This document shows, one piece after another, positions 20,053-30,781 of a stretch of 64,000 bases of DNA. A program made the position numbers and the translations under genes. Origin of the DNA: a virus; the IMG/VR virus record IMGVR_UViG_3300010430_000007, positions 69,912 through 133,911 of that record. The stretch is one strand, 5' to 3'. Below the pieces are notes generated by a model. The model was not told the DNA's origin, made no database searches, and saw only the letters and a program-made list of their open reading frames with translations. Each line of letters starts with the position of its first letter. Position 1 is the stretch's first letter.

Positions 20053-21603
20053 ATGGTAGACCTCGATAGATTCAGGTCTCAATTCCGAACCACTGAAGAA
20101 TATGATGAGTTCTGCGATAAGGTAAGCAATAAATTTGTAAAGCTTGCAAAAATGATAAAGTCAGATATGGCTATCAGAAAAGATACTAAAACTTACTTTA
20201 CAAAAGTTAAAAAAGAAGAAGTAATCAAATGGATTCAAAAGCCTGAGAATTACGAAAAACAACTTCGTGACCTATTCATTGGAATGTACACTCAAAGTAC
20301 ACACTTTAGAAGATTGGTAAATTATTTTGCACATATGGGAGTTGACTCCGCATACTCACTAGAACAATACAAGGTTTCATTGGACACTTCTAAAATAAAC
20401 AAAAGGACTTTCAAAAAGGTTTATGAAGACCACTTATCACTTTTAGATGTGATGAGTATAGAACATGAGTATAAAAAAATAAAAGAACAGCTTTGGATTA
20501 CTGGTATCTATTATGGATACGAAAGAAAGACAGAGAACTCGTATTTTATAAAAATGCTTGACCCAGATTATTGTAGAATAAATGGTATAATTGATGGTTG
20601 TTATGTGTATCAATTTAACTTCGCATATTTTGATTCAAGACTAGAAGAACTAGAGAGTTTTCCAATTGAATTTAAGACAAAATACGACAATTACAGAAAA
20701 GGTAAGGACACTACTTCAAGAGGTAGAAATAAATCAGTAGATGATTACCAGTGGCAAGATGTTAGTCCAGAAAACTCTATTTGTATGAAGCTAGACGAAA
20801 CTATTGATTATATTGCACCTCCATTCACTGGATTGATTTTAGATATTTATGATATCCAAGATTATAAAGAACTTAAAAAAGCTAAAGAAGAGTTGCAAAA
20901 TTACGGATTGTTCATTGGTAAAATACCATTGAATGATAAGTCTGGAAACCCCGATGAGTTTTTACTTTCTCTTGATACGGCTATTGAGTTTGGAAATAAG
21001 TTTTCATCATCATTGCCAGACCAAGTTGGGTTTGCACTTTCTGTATATAGCGATGTAACATATGAGAAAATGGCTGATAGTGCGTCACAAGACAAAAACT
21101 CTGTATCTGAAGCTGAAAAGGCGTTATGGGATGCGGCAGGTGTAAATCAAAATATGTTCAGTGGGGAAGCTAAAACAGAAGGCACACTAGCATTTAGTGT
21201 TAAGACGGACGAATCTGATACATTCTCAATCAATAGGCAGTTTGAACGTTGGGTTAATAGAAAGTTTAAATATGAGTTTGAGAACAGAAAATGGCTATTT
21301 GCTTTTAAATTCTTAGATGTAACTATCTATAACTACAAAGAGAAGTTTGCTCAATATAAACAAGCTGTGGAAAAAGGAGCTCCATATAAAATTGAATTAA
21401 TGGGATGTTTGGGTCACACACCTTCTTCTGTAATTGGGAAGTCGTTCTTAGAATCAGAAGTTTTAGACTTAAATAGTTTATGGATTCCGCCTATGCAATC
21501 ATCTGTAATGAGTGGGAGTTCAGATAATGTTCCAAATAGACCAACGAAAGAAGATACTGATAATGGAACAGCACCAAGCTCTGGCACGGACGGTGGTGAA
21601 TAA
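20053..21603 (+). CDS. portal protein (YonE-like)
   Basis: 516 aa directly after the terminase, acidic flexible C-tail, SPbeta-like synteny. Confidence 0.75.
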   Translation: MVDLDRFRSQFRTTEEYDEFCDKVSNKFVKLAKMIKSDMAIRKDTKTYFTKVKKEEVIKWIQKPENYEKQLRDLFIGMYTQSTHFRRLVNYFAHMGVDSAYSLEQYKVSLDTSKINKRTFKKVYEDHLSLLDVMSIEHEYKKIKEQLWITGIYYGYERKTENSYFIKMLDPDYCRINGIIDGCYVYQFNFAYFDSRLEELESFPIEFKTKYDNYRKGKDTTSRGRNKSVDDYQWQDVSPENSICMKLDETIDYIAPPFTGLILDIYDIQDYKELKKAKEELQNYGLFIGKIPLNDKSGNPDEFLLSLDTAIEFGNKFSSSLPDQVGFALSVYSDVTYEKMADSASQDKNSVSEAEKALWDAAGVNQNMFSGEAKTEGTLAFSVKTDESDTFSINRQFERWVNRKFKYEFENRKWLFAFKFLDVTIYNYKEKFAQYKQAVEKGAPYKIELMGCLGHTPSSVIGKSFLESEVLDLNSLWIPPMQSSVMSGSSDNVPNRPTKEDTDNGTAPSSGTDGGE

Positions 21604-21604
21604 T

Positions 21605-21781
21605 ATGATTATTATGTGTAGTGATAAAGACACTATTAAAAAATTAGAAGCTATGGGATATAAGTCTTTTAATAAAAATAGTGACATTGTTCAATTTATG
21701 GTTCCGGAAAGTATAGATAAAATGAGTTTTGATAACGAAATCTCTTCCAAGATTTTGTTTACAAATAAAATGAAGTTTTAA
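21605..21781 (+). CDS. small hypothetical protein
   Basis: ATG immediately after the portal stop; 58 aa. Confidence 0.5.
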   Translation: MIIMCSDKDTIKKLEAMGYKSFNKNSDIVQFMVPESIDKMSFDNEISSKILFTNKMKF

Positions 21782-21858
21782 TAAATAGAGGTTATGGCTT
21801 GTCGTGATGATAACCCCTCTAACCTCTCATTATTTTTACAATGAGAGGTATTAAATAT

Positions 21859-22803
21859 ATGAATAAAACAGAAGAATTTAAATTAAAACTACAAGCAGAG
21901 CAGGGTGAATTATATAAAAAAATAAAAATATGCGGTGAATATTTAAACATAAAAACAAAAATTCCAGTTACCACAAAATATGGCGAGTGCTTGAGCACTC
22001 CTGATAATTTATTAAAAGGCAAGTTTCCAAGTATAAGTAGTGCACTTGATAAAAATTTTTATTTTTTAAATCAAGCAATTGAAGTTCATGGAAATTTATA
22101 CGACTATTCCAAAGTAAAATATATAGATGCACATACAAAAATTAAGATTATATGCCATAAACATGGCGAATTCAGTCAATCTCCAACAAGCCACTTGAGC
22201 GGTAATGGGTGCAGTCGTTGTGCAAATGAGTTGTTATCTGAAAGATTGAAGAGTAATAGTGATGATTTTATAAAAAAAGCTAAGTTAATTCATGGTGATA
22301 AATATGACTATTCAAAAGTTAACTACACAAAAAGTAATAAAAAAGTTTGTATAATCTGTTCTATACATGGAGAGTTTTGGCAAACTCCAGACAATCATTT
22401 ATCTGGATATAATTGTAAAAAATGTGGGTCGGAAACTTATAACAAAGGAATGTTTGGCGGATATAATATAAAAATAGCAAACAGAAACAAAGAAGAAATG
22501 TCTAATCTTGAATCAACAATCTATATTATAAAATGTTTTAATGAGAATGAAAATTTTTATAAAATTGGAATAACGACAAAGCCTATATCCGTTAGGTTTG
22601 ACAGTAAACACGCTATGCCTTATGATTATACAATTATTATGATGTATAATAAAAACCTTTATGATGCTATAAAAATTGAAGATATTCTTCATAGTATTCA
22701 TAGTTCATATTCATATAAGCCACAAAATAAATTTAGTGGATGGACAGAATGTTTTTTACAGATAAATAAGAAGAAAATAGAGGAGGTGATTCGTGTTGGA
22801 TAA
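21859..22803 (+). CDS. free-standing homing endonuclease (DUF723-like repeats plus GIY-YIG-like C-terminus)
   Basis: HG.KYDYSKV...IIC..HGEF.Q.P..HLSG..C..C repeats; IYIIK...FYKIGIT...RF motif. Confidence 0.75.
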   Translation: MNKTEEFKLKLQAEQGELYKKIKICGEYLNIKTKIPVTTKYGECLSTPDNLLKGKFPSISSALDKNFYFLNQAIEVHGNLYDYSKVKYIDAHTKIKIICHKHGEFSQSPTSHLSGNGCSRCANELLSERLKSNSDDFIKKAKLIHGDKYDYSKVNYTKSNKKVCIICSIHGEFWQTPDNHLSGYNCKKCGSETYNKGMFGGYNIKIANRNKEEMSNLESTIYIIKCFNENENFYKIGITTKPISVRFDSKHAMPYDYTIIMMYNKNLYDAIKIEDILHSIHSSYSYKPQNKFSGWTECFLQINKKKIEEVIRVG

Positions 22804-24028
22804 AATAAAATTTGAAGCAAATATAGATGTAAAATCTATCGAGAAATTAAACAGTGAATTTTCTATAGCAAAAGCTTATATTATGTATCATGGAGATAAC
22901 AGAAATAATAGCAGTATGTCAAAAGAAGTTGTTGAAAAAGCTTTACCTACAATCTATAACGTTCCAGTTATCGGAGAGTTTATAGAAAAGAAAGAAGATT
23001 TTGGTGGACATGGCGGAAAAATTATTATCTCAGGTGAAGGGATAGAATACGTACAGACTACAGTTCCATTTGGAGTATTGCCTGAATCTGCGAATCCAAG
23101 ATGGGAAATGATTACACATGAAGATGGTGAAGAAAAAGAATATTTAGTTGCAGACATCATTCTTTGGTCTGGAAGATACAAAGAGTTAGATGTGACTATA
23201 GAAGAATATTCTCAGCAAAGCATGGAAATAAACATTGGAAAAGGCGACTTTAATCAAGATGGAGTATTTGTCATTGACGAATTTGAATTCTCAGCACTAT
23301 GTTTATTAGGGTTAGATGTGGAGCCATGTTTCGAAGAAAGTAAAATTGTTACTTATTCAATAGATGAATTCAAAACTGAAATGGATTTATTTATGAGTAG
23401 ATATAAAGAATTTAAAAATGAAAGAAAGGAGCTTGTTATGGAAGACTTGAAAGAGTTCGAAGTTGAAACATCTGATGAAGTTGTAGAATCACAAGAAACT
23501 GAAGAAACAGTTGCTGATGTTGAAACTGAAGAAAAATTTGAAGAAAATTCTAACACAGAAGAAACAGTGGAAGTTGCTGAAGAAACTGTAGAGGAAACTA
23601 CTGAAGAAGTCTTCGAAGAAACTGTAGAATCAGATACTAACGAGGAAACTCAAGTAGAGGAAGACTACAAGGTTCTTTATGAAGATTTAAAATTAGAGTT
23701 TGACACACTAAAAGCTGATAATGAAAAAGTAGTTGAAGAATTAAATTCTTACAAATTAAAAGAAAGAGAAGAAGCTGAATCTGAAATTTTCAGTCAGTAC
23801 GAAGAATCATTAAGCGGAAATGCTGAATTTGATGCATTAAAAGAGAAATCAAGTGATTATTCATTAGTTGACTTAGAAAAAGAATTAGCTTTAATCTATG
23901 TGAAATCTAACAATGCATTCACTAAAAAGGATAGCAAAAAAGATTCACTTGTTGTTGAAAAATTCAGTAAAAAAGAAGAGAAGTCTGAATCACGTTACGG
24001 TGATTTATTCGAAAAACATGGAAAATAA
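22793..24028 (+). CDS. prohead protease/scaffold protein (YonD-like)
   Basis: MYHGDNRNNS, GH, QSMEI, FSALCLLG..VEPCFE, then an acidic EETVE-rich coiled coil; sits before the capsid genes. Confidence 0.75.
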   Translation: MLDKIKFEANIDVKSIEKLNSEFSIAKAYIMYHGDNRNNSSMSKEVVEKALPTIYNVPVIGEFIEKKEDFGGHGGKIIISGEGIEYVQTTVPFGVLPESANPRWEMITHEDGEEKEYLVADIILWSGRYKELDVTIEEYSQQSMEINIGKGDFNQDGVFVIDEFEFSALCLLGLDVEPCFEESKIVTYSIDEFKTEMDLFMSRYKEFKNERKELVMEDLKEFEVETSDEVVESQETEETVADVETEEKFEENSNTEETVEVAEETVEETTEEVFEETVESDTNEETQVEEDYKVLYEDLKLEFDTLKADNEKVVEELNSYKLKEREEAESEIFSQYEESLSGNAEFDALKEKSSDYSLVDLEKELALIYVKSNNAFTKKDSKKDSLVVEKFSKKEEKSESRYGDLFEKHGK

Positions 24029-24043
24029 TAGGAGGAATATATT

Positions 24044-24586
24044 ATGGCAACATATCCAATTTTTGTAGCAGAGAGTATGGAGTCTACGCATGACGCAAAT
24101 TTACTTCGTGCAGGTAGATATCAAGTAACAGGTACTGATACTGTAGTTAACAACGGTGGTTTAGCTAAACTTAATGGCTTTGCAACTGGCGAACGTGACC
24201 TTTATAAATGCATCGCACCTGCGGCAATTACAGATGTAAATCTTTACATCATTGACGCGGCTGAAGTTATTTATTCAGAAGAAGTAACAAGAGGTCTTGA
24301 TGAGTTTCAAGTACAAGCAGGTCAAAACACTAGATTAAGAAGACCTCGTGTCGGAGACAGATTTTCTCTTTCTTCAGCAGGAATTACGCCACTAACAACT
24401 GAAGCGGCAATCGCAGTTGGTTCATTCTTAATCCCACAGGCTGGCTCAACTGAAATGGAAGAAGTTGCGGCGGCTGGCGGTACTGAATCATTTGTAGCAG
24501 AAATCGTAGATACTTACGTTATGGGCTATGATTTGGGCGGTAGAGCAATTAAGATGTTCGGTTGTGAAGTAACGAAAGTATTATAA
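24044..24586 (+). CDS. head decoration/capsid-stabilising protein (YonC-like)
   Basis: 180 aa, Ala/Gly/Thr-rich, between scaffold and major capsid genes. Confidence 0.55.
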   Translation: MATYPIFVAESMESTHDANLLRAGRYQVTGTDTVVNNGGLAKLNGFATGERDLYKCIAPAAITDVNLYIIDAAEVIYSEEVTRGLDEFQVQAGQNTRLRRPRVGDRFSLSSAGITPLTTEAAIAVGSFLIPQAGSTEMEEVAAAGGTESFVAEIVDTYVMGYDLGGRAIKMFGCEVTKVL

Positions 24587-24616
24587 TTATAACATTAGAA
24601 TTAGGAGGAAGATTAT

Positions 24617-25618
24617 ATGTCTGATAAAAACTATATTGTACAACTTGCCAACGACATTTATACTGGCAAAGTTTCTAGTAAATTTGAGAACCAAGACCCT
24701 AACGAGGTTTTAAGAAAAGCACTTATTGAAGCCAACGGTGGTTCTGATAAGTTAGATTACAAACAATTAAGAAAAGGTCATGTTACTGGCTTATTCGAAA
24801 TCATCGAAGAAATCTTATCTAACAACACTCAACAAGGTTTGTTAAGTAATCCATTCTTCCAGCAATTTGGTGAGTTTAGAGACTTATCAGCTGGTGATGA
24901 AGGTACATTCCATGTGCCAGACAATTCTTTATTCTTAGTATCTGAAACTGCTCATGGCATCAGAACTTCAAGAAGACAAAGAATTAACAAAGGTAAAAAT
25001 GTTCCAGTTGATACAAATCCACATTTTGTAGATACTTATGAAGAGATGCGTAGATTGCTTGCTGGACGTATTGACATTGTTGAATTTATTGACAAAATGC
25101 AACGTTCGATGATTGAAGATAAACTTGCATTAGTTTATGATACGTTCTATGATGGTCTTTCTGAGTTACCTTCTGCATTTGTTGTAAATGGTGCTTACGT
25201 TGAAGACAAGTTAGTTGACATCGTACAACACGTTCAAGCGGCTACTGAACAACAACCTATTATCGTTGGTACTATGAAAGCTCTTCGTAAAGTTACAACT
25301 GCTGTTGTTTCTGACGAACAGAAAGAATCTGTATATAACTTAGGTTACTACGGTAAGTTTAACGGTACTCCAATGATGATGATTCCTCAATCTCATACAT
25401 TAGACGGAACTTACACATTCAGAATTTCTGATGATGATTTATGGGTTGTAGCTTCTGATACTAAGCCTGTTAAGTTCGTAACTGAAGGCGATGTAATTAT
25501 GGAGACTTCTGACATGATGAAAAATGCAGACGGAACTGTTGACATGACAGTTATGGAAGATTATGGTGCTGGTATTGTAATCAACAAACTTTACGGTCAA
25601 TATAGAATTTCGTCGTAA
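24617..25618 (+). CDS. major capsid protein (YonB-like, HK97 fold)
   Basis: 333 aa, strong RBS, highly biased codons, GKFNGTPMMMIP motif, followed by a terminator. Confidence 0.8.
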   Translation: MSDKNYIVQLANDIYTGKVSSKFENQDPNEVLRKALIEANGGSDKLDYKQLRKGHVTGLFEIIEEILSNNTQQGLLSNPFFQQFGEFRDLSAGDEGTFHVPDNSLFLVSETAHGIRTSRRQRINKGKNVPVDTNPHFVDTYEEMRRLLAGRIDIVEFIDKMQRSMIEDKLALVYDTFYDGLSELPSAFVVNGAYVEDKLVDIVQHVQAATEQQPIIVGTMKALRKVTTAVVSDEQKESVYNLGYYGKFNGTPMMMIPQSHTLDGTYTFRISDDDLWVVASDTKPVKFVTEGDVIMETSDMMKNADGTVDMTVMEDYGAGIVINKLYGQYRISS

Positions 25619-25627
25619 TACAAATAT

Positions 25628-25662
25628 GATGGAGCAGGGTGAAATATCTCTGCTCTTGTTTT
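25628..25662 (+). terminator. terminator after the capsid gene
   Basis: GAGCAG...CTGCTC stem plus TTGTTTT. Confidence 0.6.
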
Positions 25663-25689
25663 AAATGGAGATAAAAGGAGATTAATGAT

Positions 25690-26319
25690 ATGGCAAAAGT
25701 AAAATGTCCAAAGTGTAGCACAATGAACGAAAAAGAAGAATCGGTTTTAATTGGAAAAAGATATTTCTGTCCAGACTGTGTAGGAGAAAAGAAGACTGAA
25801 GAAATCAAAACAGTCGAAAAGGTAAAAGAAGAACCTAAGACTAGAACGATTAAAAAGTTTGAAATGCACGAAGAAGTTCAAGTTGTTTCACTTGTAAAAA
25901 GAGGAAGTCTTGTATTTGTAGACCATGAAGGAATTATTTATGAATGGAATGATTTCAAAGATGAAAACTGGATTAGTATTAAATCTCTTACTCATATGAG
26001 AAACAGACACAAAAAATTCTTTACAGAACCTTGGGTCAGAGTGGATGATGATGTTGCAGAATTCTTGAAGATTAAAGTAAATGATAATATTGACATTGAA
26101 AACATTGATGCTTTCTTTGAGCTTGACAATGAAGAATTTGAAGAAAAATTATTGTCCGCTTCAAATGGAATTAGGAATATCGTGGTTGATGCCGCATTAA
26201 CAAAGATTAATAATGACGAACTAGATTCAAGACAAAAGATAAGAATCATTGAAAATGTCTGTAAAGTTGAACTTGAAGAAAAGGCTTATAGAGAGTTTAG
26301 CGAAGAAGTTAAGAAATAA
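25690..26319 (+). CDS. virion morphogenesis protein with N-terminal Zn ribbon (YonA-like)
   Basis: CPKC...CPDC N-terminus; position after the capsid gene. Confidence 0.5.
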   Translation: MAKVKCPKCSTMNEKEESVLIGKRYFCPDCVGEKKTEEIKTVEKVKEEPKTRTIKKFEMHEEVQVVSLVKRGSLVFVDHEGIIYEWNDFKDENWISIKSLTHMRNRHKKFFTEPWVRVDDDVAEFLKIKVNDNIDIENIDAFFELDNEEFEEKLLSASNGIRNIVVDAALTKINNDELDSRQKIRIIENVCKVELEEKAYREFSEEVKK

Positions 26320-26333
26320 GGAGGTGAGTCTTA

Positions 26334-26759
26334 ATGGCTACACCTTATGATAATATTCATAATAGGGTAATAAGAAAGATATCTGATAGAGATTTGCTAG
26401 AACTACTTCAGTTAGATGCGACTTATCTAGATGATTTCTTATATTCTGCATTGGTCAATTTTAGGACAAGTAAAGTTGATTTATCTGATAGAAACGAAAC
26501 AAATAGAGAGTTTAATGACACACTTTCCGAAATAGAAGAAGAAATATTGGGACTGTTCGAAGTAATTGAATGGCTGACACCACAAATTTACTCTATCGAC
26601 TTATTAAAACAAAACATGTCTACGAAGGATTACAAATTAACATCTCAAGCGAACCATTTGGAAAAACTAAAGATTTTATTAGAGGAATCACAAATAAGAG
26701 CTGAGAGACTAAGAATAATTTATAATTTTGAGACAACAAGTTTGGATGATTTATTATGA
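26334..26759 (+). CDS. head-tail adaptor candidate
   Basis: MATPY..I...., helical 141 aa; synteny. Confidence 0.55.
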   Translation: MATPYDNIHNRVIRKISDRDLLELLQLDATYLDDFLYSALVNFRTSKVDLSDRNETNREFNDTLSEIEEEILGLFEVIEWLTPQIYSIDLLKQNMSTKDYKLTSQANHLEKLKILLEESQIRAERLRIIYNFETTSLDDLL

Positions 26760-27076
26760 TTATTAAATATGGAATGATGTCAGATGAGCATCTTTTAAAT
26801 TACATGAAATATTTAATCTCAAGAATATACAAGATACTTCCTATGCAAGAAGAAGGTTGCGAAACTTTAATTGAATACATGGAAGACTTGTGTCACGAAT
26901 TAATTGGAAATAGTGAAATGATTGAAGAGTTAAAATGGGATGGTAATTTTCTTATTTTAATGGGGAATATTCAGTATTTGATAAAAGATGAAAACTACAA
27001 AGAGCACAAAACTTGTAAAAGTAAAGTTTTTAGTAGTATAGACGCTATAAATAAAATAATTGATAATTTTAAATAA
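26756..27076 (+). CDS. hypothetical structural protein
   Basis: ATGA overlap with the upstream gene. Confidence 0.5.
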   Translation: MIIKYGMMSDEHLLNYMKYLISRIYKILPMQEEGCETLIEYMEDLCHELIGNSEMIEELKWDGNFLILMGNIQYLIKDENYKEHKTCKSKVFSSIDAINKIIDNFK

Positions 27077-27088
27077 GGAGGTGGGTGC

Positions 27089-28324
27089 GTGACTTTAAAC
27101 TTGGCTAGATTTGAAGAAAGATTAAATGTTTACGATTATGGCAAGAAAGATTATTACATTGAACAAAACAAACAATTGATATTGAACAATTTTAATACGC
27201 ATCCGTCCTATCAGTTGGTAGAAATAAATGATTTAGATAGAGACGTTCACGTAATAGACGACAATACTCTAACAAAGAATCCAAATAGAAAAGTTCTTCT
27301 TTCAAAACCAAACGAAACTATTGACTATGGTGATTATGTATTATGGAATGGATACAACTGGCTTGTTATAAATATAGATGACAACACTGATATACAATAC
27401 AGATGTGAGATGTATAAGTGCAATGTTAATCTAAATTTCTTAGACAAGCAAGGTTCAATCAGAACGTATCCATGCGTATACAGAATATCATCTAGAACAG
27501 AAAAAGATACTACTGAAAATAAATATATAGAAGTAGTAACTGGAGATGCATATGTAATAGTGAATCGGAATGAATTTACTGATGAGCTGTCAAACTATGA
27601 TGGAACTAGATTTATATTTAGTAAAAATGAATGCTACACTCTTAAGAATTCTTACAATGAATTAGAGAATGGCTTAGTATATATTAAACTTGAACAATCA
27701 GAAATAAACTTTGACACGGACAAACTTGTAGATTTAGGTGACGGAACTTTTGGTTGGATTGCAGATTATGAGAATAGAGACGTGTTTGAAGTAGTAATTA
27801 ATCAATCAGATAGTGAAGTAGTTACTGGAAATACATTGCAGTTGACAGCAGAAGTGTTGAAAAATGGTCAAGTTGTCGATGAAGAAGTTTCTTGGTCTAG
27901 TGATAATGAAAATGTTGCAACTGTTGATGAAGACGGATTAGTGACAACTATAATTGACGGAGTTGCGAATATTACTGCATTGCTTGTGAATAATGCGAGT
28001 GTTAGTGATAGCGTACAAATTACAGCTACAACAAGCGTTGTTGACAATTATTCGATTCAATTTACACCAGATGCAGTAGATATATTACTAGGTTCAACTT
28101 TAGAAGTAAATACAAAATTATTAAATAACGGTGTTGATACAACAGATGCATTTACTTATAGTGTGGTCGGAGGTACAGCGCTAATTTCCGACTATAGTTT
28201 CAACATAGTTGATGGAAATAATTTTACTATTGAAAATAATAATCATGGTGGAACTGTAATAATTAGATGTATCAGTGGAATTCATAGTGTAGATAGAACT
28301 TATAATCTTAAATATTTATGGTAG
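27089..28324 (+). CDS. head-closure protein with Ig-like (Big_2) domains
   Basis: TLQLTAEV...VSWSSDNENVATVDEDGLVT...G.ANITA Ig-like motif. Confidence 0.7.
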   Translation: MTLNLARFEERLNVYDYGKKDYYIEQNKQLILNNFNTHPSYQLVEINDLDRDVHVIDDNTLTKNPNRKVLLSKPNETIDYGDYVLWNGYNWLVINIDDNTDIQYRCEMYKCNVNLNFLDKQGSIRTYPCVYRISSRTEKDTTENKYIEVVTGDAYVIVNRNEFTDELSNYDGTRFIFSKNECYTLKNSYNELENGLVYIKLEQSEINFDTDKLVDLGDGTFGWIADYENRDVFEVVINQSDSEVVTGNTLQLTAEVLKNGQVVDEEVSWSSDNENVATVDEDGLVTTIIDGVANITALLVNNASVSDSVQITATTSVVDNYSIQFTPDAVDILLGSTLEVNTKLLNNGVDTTDAFTYSVVGGTALISDYSFNIVDGNNFTIENNNHGGTVIIRCISGIHSVDRTYNLKYLW

Positions 28325-28327
28325 GAG

Positions 28328-28834
28328 GTGTTTGTTATTGCTAGTGTATTTGAAACTATAGACAAAAACATAGATGATATTTTTATTTTTATACTACAAA
28401 ATGACGATATAAAGAAGCTATTGGGTAATAACTTAAAAAATGCACTTTCTCCATCAGAGCCCGTTCCAGAAAAAGATTGGATAAATGATTATTTATTTGA
28501 TACTCCTAGGGTTCCAGATACTCAGAGCGAAGTAAAGTCTTTCATTATGATTGAAATGAACGAAACTAGAAAAGCTGGAGCTAACAATACTTACCAATTA
28601 GAAGTAATTTTATCAATGGATGTAATATGTCATGAAGACGTTACAAGACTTGATGAGGGTAGGAGAATTTATAGGTTATTGGGCTTGATAGAGTCCGAAA
28701 TGAGAAATCTTAAAACTGAAAGTATAAGAGGAAGTTTTGCATACGACAGATGTAGTAAAATGGTTTACTCTAATGAATTTCAAGGATATAGGCTAAAGTA
28801 CACGATTACAAACAACTCCCAGAATTGTAGGTGA
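28328..28834 (+). CDS. tail-completion/terminator candidate
   Basis: size and position in the neck cluster. Confidence 0.45.
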   Translation: MFVIASVFETIDKNIDDIFIFILQNDDIKKLLGNNLKNALSPSEPVPEKDWINDYLFDTPRVPDTQSEVKSFIMIEMNETRKAGANNTYQLEVILSMDVICHEDVTRLDEGRRIYRLLGLIESEMRNLKTESIRGSFAYDRCSKMVYSNEFQGYRLKYTITNNSQNCR

Positions 28835-28838
28835 TTGT

Positions 28839-29555
28839 ATGGAAAATGTTAATACAGACTATGCATTCATTTCAAAAGAGCCAATAGTATTAGAATGTGG
28901 AATAAAGATAAAACAGTATAGCATTGATGAGATTGAACATCTAATAGGATATCAAAAGTATGAAAGAATACTTTGGAGTTTGAGTAGAGAACCATATGAG
29001 TTCAAGTTTGATTTAGAAGATAATGGAATAGACTTTAAAGATATGGATAGCTATGATATTTTCTTGATTTTAAATGCAGGAAGAAATATAGAAGATATTA
29101 TTAGTGATTTCAATTTCATTTTTGAAAATCGTTTTACCACGTTTGTAAAAGACGAAAAAGTTATATTTATAGCTAGTAACAATGTTGAAATAAGTGGTAA
29201 GACAATAAATTCATTAAAAGAAGTTATACGAAAAATGTTTTTCTTTGATAAGCCAAGAGAAAGAAAACCAGCAAACGAGGATGCAAAAAAGCTTATTAAA
29301 AAACAAATAGCATTACAGTCAAAGAATAGGGTTAAGTATGATATATATTCAATAATAGAAGGAATAGTTTGGCATGAAAATTCTAGTTACAGATATGAAG
29401 ATATAATAAAATTAACCCCAAGACAAGTGTATGCTGGATACAAGAACATAAAGAAAATAAAAGAGTTTAATAACACTATAGATGGTATTTATTCAGGTGT
29501 TATAAATAGTAAGGATGTTAATTTTGATAAGATTAACTGGATAAACAAAGAGTAA
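28839..29555 (+). CDS. tail-associated protein (possible assembly chaperone)
   Basis: 238 aa before the tail tube gene. Confidence 0.45.
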   Translation: MENVNTDYAFISKEPIVLECGIKIKQYSIDEIEHLIGYQKYERILWSLSREPYEFKFDLEDNGIDFKDMDSYDIFLILNAGRNIEDIISDFNFIFENRFTTFVKDEKVIFIASNNVEISGKTINSLKEVIRKMFFFDKPRERKPANEDAKKLIKKQIALQSKNRVKYDIYSIIEGIVWHENSSYRYEDIIKLTPRQVYAGYKNIKKIKEFNNTIDGIYSGVINSKDVNFDKINWINKE

Positions 29556-29570
29556 GGAAGGTGGAAATAT

Positions 29571-30377
29571 ATGGCGGCACCTAAAAGATGGGCAATTCAA
29601 CAAATCTTTAGTCAAACCTATAAAAACGTTACTAATACACAAGTTTACGGAACACTAGATGACTTAAAGACATGCAATGTTGAAAATGCACAAGAAAACG
29701 TATACAGTTCAGGTGGAGTTGGTAATGTATACATTACTTCTCACTCTCACTCAAAGAGAGCAACTGGTACAGCAACTGCGGCTACATTTAAAAATGCAAT
29801 TGTAGGATTAGTAACAGGAACAGATGTTGCTACTGGAACAGCTACAGTTCCAGTTAATGGCGAGACTCAAGTAGTAACAACAAATGCATCTGTGACAACA
29901 TACACTGGTGTTGGAACTGCCGATGCAGAAATCGTAGGTTTATTTGAAGTAAATTCAGACGGTACTTTAGGCACAGAATATGCTCAAGTAGCCGGAGCTC
30001 CCGCTACTGGAGAATTCCAATATGATTCTGGAACAAAAGCATTGACTTTCTTTGCTGGTGACCTAGTTGACGGAACAGAAATCTCATTATTCTACGAAGC
30101 TACTGCTGACGCAACTTCTCATACAATCACAAATGATTCTGGTACATTCTCTAAGATTGTAAGAATTGAAATGGAAACATTAGTTCAAGACGTTTGTACT
30201 GGTGATGAATACATGGCTACACTTATTGTTTATAAAGCAAAATTACAAGGTAGCTGGATGATTGACGTTGCGGCAGATGGTGAACCTGCAACATTAGACG
30301 TTTCGTTCGAATCGCTTAAAGCTGGATGTACTTCTAGCAAGCTTTGGGACTTAATTATTATTGGTTCTTTAACTTAA
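29571..30377 (+). CDS. major tail (tube) protein
   Basis: 268 aa Thr/Gly/Ala-rich; GG.GN motif; AADGEPATLDVSFE C-terminal pattern; biased codons. Confidence 0.7.
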   Translation: MAAPKRWAIQQIFSQTYKNVTNTQVYGTLDDLKTCNVENAQENVYSSGGVGNVYITSHSHSKRATGTATAATFKNAIVGLVTGTDVATGTATVPVNGETQVVTTNASVTTYTGVGTADAEIVGLFEVNSDGTLGTEYAQVAGAPATGEFQYDSGTKALTFFAGDLVDGTEISLFYEATADATSHTITNDSGTFSKIVRIEMETLVQDVCTGDEYMATLIVYKAKLQGSWMIDVAADGEPATLDVSFESLKAGCTSSKLWDLIIIGSLT

Positions 30378-30393
30378 TCAATTGGGGTGAATT

Positions 30394-30633
30394 ATGAGAA
30401 TTCAATATCAATCAAAAATGTATAGTGTGAAAAAGTATGATTTGGAGAATGATATCTTCTTGACAGATAATGATATTGAACTTACTTCAAAAGACATACG
30501 TGCAATTGTTTTAAACTCAGATGAGTTCAACCTATTAGAGAGTCTGAATCCTTCAAAAGAAGAGATGGAAGAAGTTGTAATGGTTGATGAAAAAGATGTA
30601 AAAACAGTTGACAAGAAGAGTAAAAAGTCTTGA
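30394..30633 (+). CDS. hypothetical protein
   Basis: GGGGTG RBS, 79 aa. Confidence 0.5.
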   Translation: MRIQYQSKMYSVKKYDLENDIFLTDNDIELTSKDIRAIVLNSDEFNLLESLNPSKEEMEEVVMVDEKDVKTVDKKSKKS

Positions 30634-30781
30634 TGTTAGATAGTAAATGTAGTTAACATTTAAACAAAATAAAGGAGGACATAACATGCATTAGCACAAT
30701 GTATATTGTGTTCTCCTATTTTTTTCAATAATTAGAGAAGTATCTCTTTTTATATATTATATAAACTAATGAAAAGAAAGG

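Noticed and set aside
23440-23670. GAAGAAACT-type tandem repeats
   Set aside because: Explained by the acidic EETVE low-complexity stretch of the scaffold protein.
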